Assembly: GCA_965637545.1 (NCBI GenBank)
Contig: OZ281495.1
Location: 22,072,001-22,136,000, forward strand
DNA from: Phallusia mammillata
Lineage: Eukaryota
Length of the DNA stretch: 64,000 nt
Direction of reading: 5' to 3'
Part shown: piece by piece, positions 39,851 through 51,300 of the stretch
Numbering within the stretch: position 1 is the stretch's first letter
Layout of the letters: the number at the start of each line of letters is the position of its first letter
The notes under the pieces: generated by a model
What the model was told of the DNA's origin: nothing
What the model saw: only the letters and a program-made list of their open reading frames with translations
Database searches by the model: none
Translations under genes and position numbers: made by a program

Positions 39851-42800
39851 AATTATGTAGCCCGATAAACTACAGTCCAAACCTGCCCCTTGACCCCAAA
39901 ATTATATAACACAACAATCAACAAGCGACTTTTACCGTTTTCCCTGAAAAACAAATCGGTCCTTTTTTACTTTAGTAAGAAATGCAGCTCTGTTATCAAA
40001 GTGTACATCGGGCGCAAGTTGGTTTTGTTAAGCAATGACAAAATGCGATGGATATCTAATGCTAAAATACGCGGTTGGTAGCATTTACTGAAAACAGCCA
40101 AGCGTTGCAAAGAACACAAACTTTCTGTAAGATACGACTTTCTGTAGGCCCCGAGGCTAATGGTATTGTATTGACTTACAGCATTAAGCTAACCACAACT
40201 TACGCCATTGGCATTTTTTAAATGCTGTCGGCATTTCTGAATATGCCACAATACTGACATGTTGCCCACGAAATCGAACTTGTAACAGCTTAACTACAAA
40301 GCACAGGTTGCCTGGACTATTTTCTTATATTTCTGACTTTCGAGTAATAAGGGTAAAATTACTAAAGATCTTGAAACCAAATGTAACTGTGGTGGCATTC
40401 GGCTCGACGAGTAACTGAAGTTGTATCGCAAACAAGTCTGTCTAAGTCGTATGTTGATACGCCAGCTGTCATTGACGGTCCCAAGTGTGCAGTCCATCAA
40501 AACTAATACAACACAATGATGTCACGATCTACTAACGTCGTGATGATCCGAAATAAAACTCCACACCCTACATTTTGACATTCGTGTAATGGCTGAATTA
40601 ACCACTGCAACGCTCACGCATTTTGCCTACATTGTTAAACCGTTTTTCAGCACAAAGGTAAACAATATTACATTTGTAATATAATGAGGCATATATTTAC
40701 AGGATGGTCGGAGGCGCACAAAACAGTAAAGTTTACGGACGTTCACCCAAAAAAAAACACAATTAGTCCATAAACTTTACTGCTTTTCCATGACTCATCT
40801 CACTGGTTTAATTTGATTAAATACAGTAATATTGCACAAACACAACACAAACAAACTTAAGTTTCCCAATCAAGAAATCTAAGTTACTCGACAGCTAATT
40901 CTTGACTAAACAAATTGAAATAAATCAAAATAATCTAATTTTTGTAAAAGCCTCCTCTGATTTTACCTACTCTCCTATTGATCGTCAAAGAACAGCACAG
41001 TACCTAGTAGTAAAAGTCTTTTCAAGAATTGTCAAACAAGGTGGAGCGGTGTTTGTCTACCTCGAATCTATGTGTTCACTCAAGCGTAAAGGCGTTCACT
41101 TGAACAATCAGCCATCATCATTCAACCGTCACAAGGTTTTGCAAGTCTTCAGCTGATTTTATTCCCAATTAGGTGACATTTTATGAAGACGTACTTAAAT
41201 ATCATTGAAGACGAAAGAAACATAAACAACTTATGTAAGTTATTTTCTTCCAAACGCAAATGTTTTTAGGACTGGTTAGTGGTTGGTCCAAAAACATAGA
41301 CAACATAACGCAGTGCCCAAACGTAACGAAACTGAAAACAGGGTAACCATGAGTCCGCTACACAGCACCCATAGCTTAGTTTTTTTTACCATATGCTGCT
41401 TTTAACCGGTAACTCAGGATGGCACATTTGTAAAGCGTTTAACATTCCGTCAATGTGTTTTGCTTGTTTTTTTCAAACAGATCTGTTTTGTTTTCAGCTT
41501 TGACAGTGATTCTGTTTAGTAAAACGTAGGCGTTTAGATGACAAGATGTATAGGCCAATATCACGTGTCAGTTTTCAGATAAACAAAGGCATTAAGCCTA
41601 TATTTTTTAATGCCAAAATATGTAAACCATACGCCTTGAAAGACCAAGAAATATCTTTGCCCTTTCAAATTTCTGTTTAGGCTACGCTACTGCGATACCT
41701 GCCTACCATAGTTTTCTTGTTTTATTGAATAAGGAGATTGAGTTGCACTTTCCCAACCCAGTGGAGCTTTGTGGCTTGAACTTAATTGCAGTCACCAAGT
41801 CGACGAAAGCTTTTTTTTCATTAATAGATTTTACCATACAACTTACATGGTACCGTCCAAATAACCGAAAGTGGTCATAAAAAGAGTGTGATGCAAAAAT
41901 AATAATAATTGTGTGGTATTGAAGCAGTTATTTGATAAAATACGTTTTGCTGATTCTGGACGTTTTAGCCCTATAAATCTCATAGTGTACAACAAGATGT
42001 AAATCTTCGCACCCCATTGTTTGATAGAGCCTACATTCCAAATTTAATTATGCTGCCGTCGACATACAATCCTGGGCTATTAACAGATCGATCGCAGGTC
42101 CTGTCACACCCAATCACTTAATTTTTGTATGTGTGGACCTTAGTATATCCATATGGTCTCGCACAGCGTTATGCATACATAGTTTTTTGTCAGGGAACTC
42201 TGAATCTGTAAAGTGTAATGGTTTCATAAAGTGTATGTAAGTTTTTGGGAATGAATAAATCGCTTCAAAGTTCAAGTCAATACCCTTTAGGTTGTAGGGG
42301 ACTAGATTCGTGTGTGTTTAGGTTAAAACGTGTGACACTTGAGCCTAAGCACGTTAAAGACACAACTTAAATCGGTTTACTGCTGACAATTAGGACATTT
42401 ACAACCACAATTCACTCGTACGGATTTTATAAGTCACCGGTTCCACAAAACGGCGCACAAATTATCCTCAATTAAATGAGTTCTTGTCTGCTGACAATAT
42501 AAACTCCAAAATGACGCAGGTCTTTCTAGGAATATTTATGTACAAAATGCAGAAAATAGGTGAAAACGTAAACCAAACGTTAGAAAATCGTTGGTCCGCT
42601 GCAAATACAGGTGAACACTACTGCAATGCGCTACATAATTAGGGAAAGAGTACTTTGCACCAAAGAACGCAACATATTTTTAATAATATACAACTCTAAT
42701 AAAAGCATCAAAGTCAAAAAAGCACAGCATACAAATAAGTTTAAAATCGCGCAAACAAAACCTTGGTCTAAAATTTACAAAACTAGGGTTATTGCAACAA

Positions 42801-43894
42801 CACATTTGCCAAGCGTTTCATATTGCTAAATTAATATTGTAAAGAATTTCATGTTTCATTACTGGAAACAAATCCCCGACAAATAAAGGAACTCGAAAAC
42901 TGGGGCTGTATTAAAATGCGGTCATTGTACTGGAAGGCGATAACCCCACACGACACGCGAAATATTTCCCTGTGGGTAAATTCGCACATTGCGGATTTGT
43001 CCATTTCGTGGGTATGCGCACAGCACGCCGTTAGCTATGGGCATACATTATGTATGGCAGGTCGATCAGAAAGCCAATAAAACGGAGAGCGTGTCACTTA
43101 CAGTAATTGGAAAAGGTAGCAGACTGAAATATGTCAGTTCAGATTGCGTGAGAAATATACACACTGCGGTAGTTGAAAAAATGCATTTATAACTTTTTGA
43201 AGCAAGGAAAGTAGCTACCCGAGCATTAAACATACTTTTGTATGAGGAGATCGCAACGCTTTTAGTTTCTGGCACTTTGGCGTCGCGTCTGACAAAACAA
43301 ACAAAAAGCCAAAAAGCGATTTTTCATTTCACAATCATATCTATTTCAAACCAAAAGGACAACTGCAGATTCTTAACCATTATATAAATTACTGCATGAA
43401 ATATTAGACAAAAATAACAACAAGCAGACATACTGCTGCTACAGGAATGGCACAATTAATTTGATGTCGTTTAAATATTAGGGAACTGCAAAAACAAAGA
43501 AACCATTTCATGTATCGTTTCAATAAAAAGGTTTATACTGTGCAAGTAAATAACGAAAAAAATTAACAAGGTGCAAAATGTGCGCTCGATCATATGAAAA
43601 TTTTACAGGACAGCAAACCGTTTAACACCACTACAAACTTGCCTGAATTCGTGGAAGGCCTAACTGCACAGGGCAAACAAGGGCGGTGGCGCATTGCGTC
43701 ACGCTTGACGATTTTCCAAACCGATGTGACGAAAAACTCGTGCGATTTAACAGGCTTAGCGTTGGTGATGAAGAACCGTGTACCGTTGCGTAATCTATTC
43801 GGATTTGGGTATTTGGCAGAACACAATTTTTGGACAACTACACTACACTGGATATGGGACTTTGCTAATTTATTGTTTTGTGAGAGTTAATAGC

Positions 43895-45506
43895 TCAACA
43901 TGGGCAACCCGATTCTTTATTTTCAGGGTTTGATTCAAGCTTGGTTGGTGCACTTCCAGAATCAGGTTTTCCACTGTATTGAGTGGGCAACATTGTTTTG
44001 TCTACGACCTCTTCCATTCTAAAAACAGTTAAACCGAATTCAAAACACTTCCTTACAAACTGTTTTTAAGTTAGTCTTTAAAAATTCAGAAACAAAAACT
44101 TTAGTTTCCAATACAGAACTGAAAAAATTAAAAAACGTGATTTTTACCTTTTCATGACAAGGTTAAGTAAAAGCATTACAGCTTTCTCCACATTTTCTCC
44201 AGTTGCTGCACTTGTTTCCAGGTATGGAAGTCTGTCAAAAATGTTTAGGCATTTTTATCCAATCATTGATGTATTTTGAAACATGCACACATAAAACAAA
44301 TTCGTTTATATGACCTGGCAATATATCTCTAAGATATGCCAATCTTTGACCTACCCATAAGATTCAGCACACTCCCTTGCTCTGTCTTCAGACACAGCCC
44401 GCATTTCACCCAGGTCATTTTTGTTTCCACAAAGTATTATATCAGGTGACTCACAATAGGAATGCTGACGAAGTTGATCTAAACAAACAGAAGATTGGTC
44501 TGAATTTGGGCTTGTATCACAACATAAAAACAACAGAGGAAATAAATATTTAGTAATCAAGGTTGGTCAAAAACTGGCATAAACATAAACTACTAACCTA
44601 ACCAGTTTCTAATGTTCAGAAAGCTTTGTTCACTTGTCAAGTCAAAGAAAAGCAAAAATCCCATAGCATCCCTGAAGAAAGCAGTGGTAAGACTTCGAAA
44701 TCTAAAAGTACACAGTAAACAAATTGTTAAAATCATCTGCACTTTGGCTACATCTGCACACAAACACAAAACCCATGTATCATTGTTAATGAACAGTAAA
44801 CAACTATATATAAATACTTTTAATAACAAACAAACATAGATAAACTACAACATCATTTTTTTTCATGACCTTTCCTGTCCTGCAGTGTCCCACAATTGCA
44901 AATGAATCCGTTGTGCTCGACCACCATCTACTCCAGAGGGTCGGTAACTCTAAAATGTGACTTAAGTATTTAATTTTTTTTTAAATAATATCTGTCACAT
45001 ATTCTTCTATGAAGTGAAACAGACTTTATCCAACAAAAATTTACAAACTTATTCGATCTCATTTGCATATCACTTGATTTCTACTTCCAAATATCAACTA
45101 AATTTGGCATGTAGGTATACTATTAACATATTTGCTTGACAGCATGTATAGTTTAAACCTACAACTCGTTTTTCTCTAAAATCTATTCCCACTGTTGTCA
45201 CAAATTTGCTTTCAAATGTTCCATCAGTGTATTGAAATAGAAACGATGTTTTTCCAACACCTAAATCAAAAATGAATACACACAAGTTTAAAACCACATA
45301 ACAATAAACAACAGGCGTACTGCAAAAAAATGACACTATATATAATTAAATTGTGTGGTTAAGTTGCTGATACAAGATATAACAATACTAATTTGACAAT
45401 TTTTTGTTCATCAGACTGAAACTTATTTACCTGAATCACCAAGGGCAAGAAACTTGATCAAATAGTCATACTCAGTATTATGCATTTGTTCAGTACCATT
45501 CGCCAT
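43895..45506 (-). CDS. RAB27: Ras-related protein Rab27, 7 coding exons, 229 aa
   Basis: Exons 45506-45431, 45260-45163, 44949-44870, 44701-44598, 44478-44355, 44231-44148, 44018-43895. Motifs are [68 protein letters not shown] and a C-terminal GCPC prenylation site. Confidence 0.95.
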
Positions 45507-46034
45507 ACTTGTTGATTGTTTTTATTAAAATTTAAATCATCTGCTGTTTAGAAATATCAAAATAATTAGTATATATGTCCATTCTACATTGCACCTTACA
45601 CATTATAGTAAATATAGTATCTAGCTCTACAAATGTGCCATTGTAACATTGAACGTTTTTTCACTCGAATAGCAAAATTAATACCGTATGTCATGCCATC
45701 AGTCAAACACTTATTGCTGCCTCTGATGGATCTTAAGTCTTGTCCTTAAGCTTTAAATATGGTTTATGAATTAATCAAAGCTTTTTCATCTTGAAAGTAA
45801 CCACAGTTGCAATGCGTAGGTGAAGACAAAAGTAACGTTTATGGAACTTTTATAAAATGCTGCACAGTTTATTAATATTTGCTAACTCAATGTTAATTGC
45901 AAAAACCAACAGCAAAAACATTTTAAATGAGCAAACACAAACAATTATTAGTTAAATGTAACTAAAACCAGACTTTTTTTAAATTTCAATGCTAGTGGCA
46001 ACAAAACAACGTCACTTCTCTTGGAAATACTTAC

Positions 46035-46091
46035 ACGACGTCACGCACTACTGCAGATTGGCCATAGGTCACGCATTACTGCAGATTGGCC
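46035..46091. promoter_or_regulatory. Candidate Rab27 promoter: duplicated 24-bp module with a CRE-like GTCACG and a CCAAT (ATTGG) box
   Basis: gtcacgca(c/t)tactgcagattggcc occurs at 46040-46063 and 46068-46091, about 0.55 kb upstream of the Rab27 ATG. Confidence 0.45.
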
Positions 46092-46108
46092 GTGGTAAGC
46101 ACTTAATG

Positions 46109-46438
46109 CAGTGTTTCTTAACCTTTTTAGCGCTCGTACCCTTTGAGCTTTCATGAAATTTTCTCGTACCCCTACAATGGTCTACAATAGCCGACGAAAG
46201 TAAATAAAATTGTAATAATAGGAATTAAACTCAGTGTATTTATAACTTATAAGTCTTGTAAGTTCAACAATATTTACAGCACACCAACAATCAGTCAAAG
46301 ACATATAACAAAGTAACTTGTTACGCGTTCTTCACAAATATGCCTAAATAGTGTACAATTTCACACTGCATGTCGTACCCCCTGCTTTGGTGCTTCGTAC
46401 CCCCAAGGGGTACACGTACCCCTGGTTAAGAACCCCTG
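46109..46438. mobile_element. hAT (Charlie-like) MITE, 330 bp
   Basis: TIRs CAGTGTTTCTTAACC / GGTTAAGAACCCCTG; perfect TSD acttaatg. A homologous empty site is present at 55744-55793 on the minus strand. Confidence 0.92.
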
Positions 46439-47515
46439 ACTTAATGTAAAGTGGCAGGTCCTGAGTTACCGTTGTCAAGAAGAAATTAGCGAATTTGGCG
46501 CGAAATACTAAAAATGGTGTTTTAAGCCCAGTTAAACTCTTATATTAGTTATTGAGGTTATTCGCTGTAGCAAATTAGAGGTAAATGTATTGCAACGGCC
46601 GGTAAGTTATTTTTGAAGTCAGCAAATCCTTTTTGCTAGGGGTTTTCGGTTTTAAGGCCTAATACATCGCAGTCCATTTTGTTAAATGCTGTGATACGCC
46701 TAATTACACCACAGTAGTCGATTCTGCGATTTTCAGTTGTAGCCTGCTAGTGGTAAGTAACAAGTAATGTTTTTGTGGTTATTGCATCATTTTTAGGTAA
46801 AAATGTTTGTTTTAAGACTAATCTGTACATACAGGAGCGCTGCTGTTAAACAAACCTGTTGTGTCATGTGACTTCTGCGCCAACTATATCATCATACTTG
46901 TGGTAAGTTTGTGTATAGCCCAATTTTATAAAAGCTAATGCATGCCAGTCTTATCCTAATTCCTAATAATACATGCCAGTACCTATTTTATACTTTTGTT
47001 TTAGATAAATAAATAAGAGATTTACTGGCAGAACAGATACTTTCTATTTATGATCAATCTATTATCTTATATACCTGCTGGATGCCAACCAACTGAACTG
47101 TCATAGCCAAAACACATCAAATCTTCACAAGGAAAAGCACTTTTTGCCAAACACCAAAGTCAGTGATAAAGGACATCTAAAATCGGTTTATTATATGGTT
47201 TTGAAATGCAAACTTGTTACTTTTAAACAAAAAACTCCTAAATTGAAAAGTTCCGGCAATTCAGATAAACCTCCTAGTTGCTCCAAACACACAAGATCGG
47301 TGATAAAAGTGTGACAAGTACAGTTCCAGTCAAACTTTGCAGTATTTTACATCAGTTTTACTTTGAAATGTTTATTATCTTTTTTGTCATTGTCATGATG
47401 CTTGCTGTTTACATGTGACCCAAAAACTACAAATATGCTCTACCACTATTTTACCCAAACTAAAAAAATCAGTACAAGCCAACCCAACTAAACATTTTAT
47501 GACAGGCATACTATG

Positions 47516-48232
47516 TGTAACGACCGCTAGGTGCGCAGCCTGGCCCTGCGCCGTTCGTCACACTAGATAACCCTTTTTGTAAAACGCGCCCGTCCTACAG
47601 CCTGTCCTCCAAGACGACCCACTCTTGCATTTGCAACGAATGTTCTTTTTTGGCGATAAAAGGCAACGCTGACGAATAAACCAAGACGACAACGTCAATA
47701 GCAACGGCAACGGTTTTTCTGTAACCACAAATAACATACATAAGCCAGACGTACACATTATGACGTCATAGCGACCATCAAACAATAAGCAGTTTTAACA
47801 GTACACACAAGGTTTTAAACTAAATCTACATTAATCGGTCATATTTTACATTAGATTACTTCCAAATTACTCATAACAAGTCAAGTTACTGTTAAAATAC
47901 ACATTAACACAAGTTAAACACAAATCAAGCAAAAACATAAAACATACCAACTGTTGGGTAACCAGGGCTTTACTAGCACGCGGCTAGAGGTTCCACAACT
48001 GACAATTCAGCATTTTAGCTATTGCTCTTAACATTTACAGTTTCACTTATTCAAATAGAATCAAGAAATTAGGATAAATTCACTTAAATTGACTGCAAAC
48101 CTAGCAACTAACGCAGCTCACAAAAACGTGGCGTTCAAAGCACATGCTCTGTCGCGGATGAATATTTCAATACGTCACGAATAAAGGAGAACTTAAATCA
48201 GCGAAGCGGAACAATTAATTCTCGCTGTAACA
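47516..48232 (-). repeat. 3' LTR (717 bp)
   Basis: Direct repeat of 54323-54999, preceded on the sense strand by GGGGGGTA. Confidence 0.97.
48046..48061 (-). other. Exact ascidian spliced-leader exon ATTCTATTTGAATAAG inside the 3' LTR
   Basis: The + strand reads cttattcaaatagaat, the reverse complement of the 16-nt Ciona SL (SL sequence from established knowledge). Confidence 0.85.
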
Positions 48233-48244
48233 TACCCCCCGACG
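48233..48244 (-). promoter_or_regulatory. Polypurine tract
   Basis: The sense strand reads cgtcGGGGGGTA immediately before the TGTTACA start of the 3' LTR. Confidence 0.7.
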
Positions 48245-48320
48245 ATGTGCGAACCCATGAGAACATCTTTACAACACACAAACAGCGAGAAAGGAAAACG
48301 TAACGAACAAACACAACACT

Positions 48321-51300
48321 TTAAGCCTTCATAATCAAACACAATTTCGCGATCGGTCGTTTGAACGACCCAACGTGCGTTTTAACCAAAGCACTTCGCA
48401 CAAACCCGGACTTATCCGGGTACGTTTCCACGATTCTTCCGGTGAGCCATTTTCCTCGTGGTGCCGAGTTGTCGACCAACAGGACCAGATCACCAGCGTC
48501 GAGGTTCTCTTCGGGAAATTGCCATTTCTGACGCGTCTGTAGCGTCAGCAGGTACTCATTTGTCCAACGGACCCAAAACTGGTCGGCCAAGTACTGGACC
48601 TGGCGCCAGTGCCGTCGAACGTAGTTGTCTTCCTTCACAAATACTCCGGGTGGCGAGATATCATGTCGCCCAATCAAAAGCAGGTGGTTCGGTGTCAGAG
48701 GCTCTCTGTCGGCAGGATCAAGACTGATGGGAGTCAAGGGCCTCGAGTTTAGGATGAACTCGACCTCAACAAGCAGCGTACTCAGCGTCTCGTCAGAAGG
48801 CACTTGCTGTCCCAACAATACATTCAAAATCTTGCGCACCGAACGAATTAGACGTTCCCAGACGCCACCCATGTGACTGGCGGCAGGTGGGTTAAATGAC
48901 CAGTCAACGCCCCACTGGCGAAGACGTTCTTCGATGTGAGTTTGATTCCATTTTTCAAGAGACTCGCGCAGTATGCGCTCAGCGCCGACGAAGTTCGTTC
49001 CATTATCACTGAAAATGCGCCTGGGCTTTCCCCGTCTTCCAATAAACCTTCGGAAAGCTTCAATAAACGAGTCAGTAGAAAGCGAGTGCGCTACTTCCAA
49101 ATGCACAGCACGCACGGTCATACACGTGAAGATGCAACCGTATCGTTTGACTTCGCTTCTTCCTTGTTTCACGAGTATGGGTCCAAAGTAATCCACACCC
49201 ACAGACGAAAACGGTGGCTCACCCGGAGTCGTGCGCTCAACAGGTAAGTCGGCCATCATTTGTTTCGAGACTGAAGCATTTCTTCTTCGACAGAACACAC
49301 AGTTTCCAAGGATTCTTCTTACCGCTACACCACCTCGCACAATCCAATATCTCTGACGAACAATTGCCCAAGTGTGCGACATTCCGGAATGGCAAACATT
49401 AGCGTGTGTCTCGCGAATAATCAAAGTAGTAATGTGATGTGCGTTTGGGAGAATCATCGGGTGCTTAATTTCAAAGGGAATCGGTGCCCTTTCCAGGCGG
49501 CCACCCACTCGCAACACACCACCAATCAAAACAGGATTGAGTCTATGAAGAGCTTTTGATGGCAGTTTCTTCATGACTTTCTTCTTCCCGGTGCGATCTA
49601 AGTCTTCGCACTTGCACAATGCCTCTATTTCGTCAGAAAACTGTCTTCCTTGAACATATTTGACAATCGCTAGCTCAGCACTTTCAAGATCAGCGACAGT
49701 CAGTCTTTTGGATAGGTGTTGGTTCTTCTTAGAACGCAGATAGTCAACGAATCGCTGGAGCCAAGCAACTGCCTTCTTTAATTTCTTCCATGAAGAATAG
49801 CGACAAATTAAATCATCAAACAAACACTGCTCCTCTGCAACATGCACAGCCAACATTTTCTTCGGTTTCATGTTTAAATATTCCTCGGGAACATCTTTGG
49901 TATTCACGGGATTCGTAGGCCAGTGACGTTCATCGCTGCCTAAAAACGAAGGTCCGGTGAACCAACGCTTGTTTTGGAGAAAAGCCTTTACAGTACACCC
50001 ACGAGATGCGTCATCAGCTGGGTTTAATGCAGTAGGAACATGCTTCCACTGCGACGCGTCGGATCCTTCCTCAATTTTCGCCAGTCGGTTGGCGAAAAAG
50101 GTACAAAACCGTTTATTTACGTTGTAAATGGATTGGAGAACTGCAGTTGAATCAGTCCAAAACACGGATCGTCCGATATCCAAGTCAAGTTCCTGCCTTA
50201 AAACTTGGTCCATCTTGACAGCAAGAGTAGCTGCGGTCAATTCCAATCTGGGAATAGACACCATCTTCAAAGGCGCAAGACGGGCCTTTCCAGTAACAAA
50301 AGAACAATGCACATTGCCTTGTTCATCCATTGTTCGCAAGTATGCGACTGTTCCGTATCCACAGGAAGACGCATCTGCGAAATGATGCAGCTCGTGCGTC
50401 TTGACTTCAAGTCCAGTGGTCTGAAAACACCTTTTAATCTTAATTTCTGATAGACCTGGAAGCTCAGAAATCCATGCGTTCCATCTCTTTTCTATATCCG
50501 GTGGAACTTCCTGATCCCAGCCATAATTTTCTTTGCAAAGCTCCTGCAAAAGCTTTCGCGCATGTAATATTACAGGCGCAACGAAACCCAGGGGATCGAA
50601 CAAGGAGCTGACCACGGAAAGTATTCCTCTCCTCGTTACAGGCTTCTTTTTGACCTTTACGTCAAATTCAAACACGTCGGAGCGAAAATTCCACAACACT
50701 CCAAGCACACGTTCCATGTGCTTTACATCAACATTTAATATAATGGACTGTACAGATCTATCTTCGGTTGGGACTGACGACAACACACGCTCGCTGTTGC
50801 TCACCCATTTTCTGAGCCGAAATCCTCCGAGCTGCAACAATTCACGCAACTCTCCAGCCAATTTGATTGCATCGTCTTCTTTCCTTACGGACTTCAAACA
50901 ATCGTCCACGTAGAAGTTTTGTTTCACTGTCGAAACCGCTTCAGAACTGAATTTCGCCTTGTTATCTTCAGCAGTTTTCTGCAAACAGTACCCAGCACAG
51001 CAAGGAGACGAGGCTGCACCAAATATGTGCACCAGCATCTGGTAATCAACGGGTTCACGCGACAAATCGCCTTCAGGCCACCAAACGAATCTTAGTGCAG
51101 ATGCATCGATCGGATCAACCTTTACCTGGTGAAACATCGCTTCTACATCGGCGACAAAAGCAACTGGTTCCTGGCGAAATCGGACAAGCGTCCCAAAAAG
51201 ACTGTTGAGCAAATCTGGGCCTTGCAAAAGCTGGTCATTCAGCGAAATATTATGATATCTGGCGGCGCAGTCAAAGACGACCCTCACCTTTCCAGGTTTC

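Noticed and set aside
43594-43890. 98-aa + strand ORF next to the Rab27 stop
   Set aside because: No recognisable homology or linked exons, and it overlaps the presumed Rab27 3' UTR.
48046-48061. SL RNA gene inside the LTR
   Set aside because: The leader is followed by TG, not a GT donor, and no Sm-site-bearing intron part is evident. It is treated as a captured mature leader.
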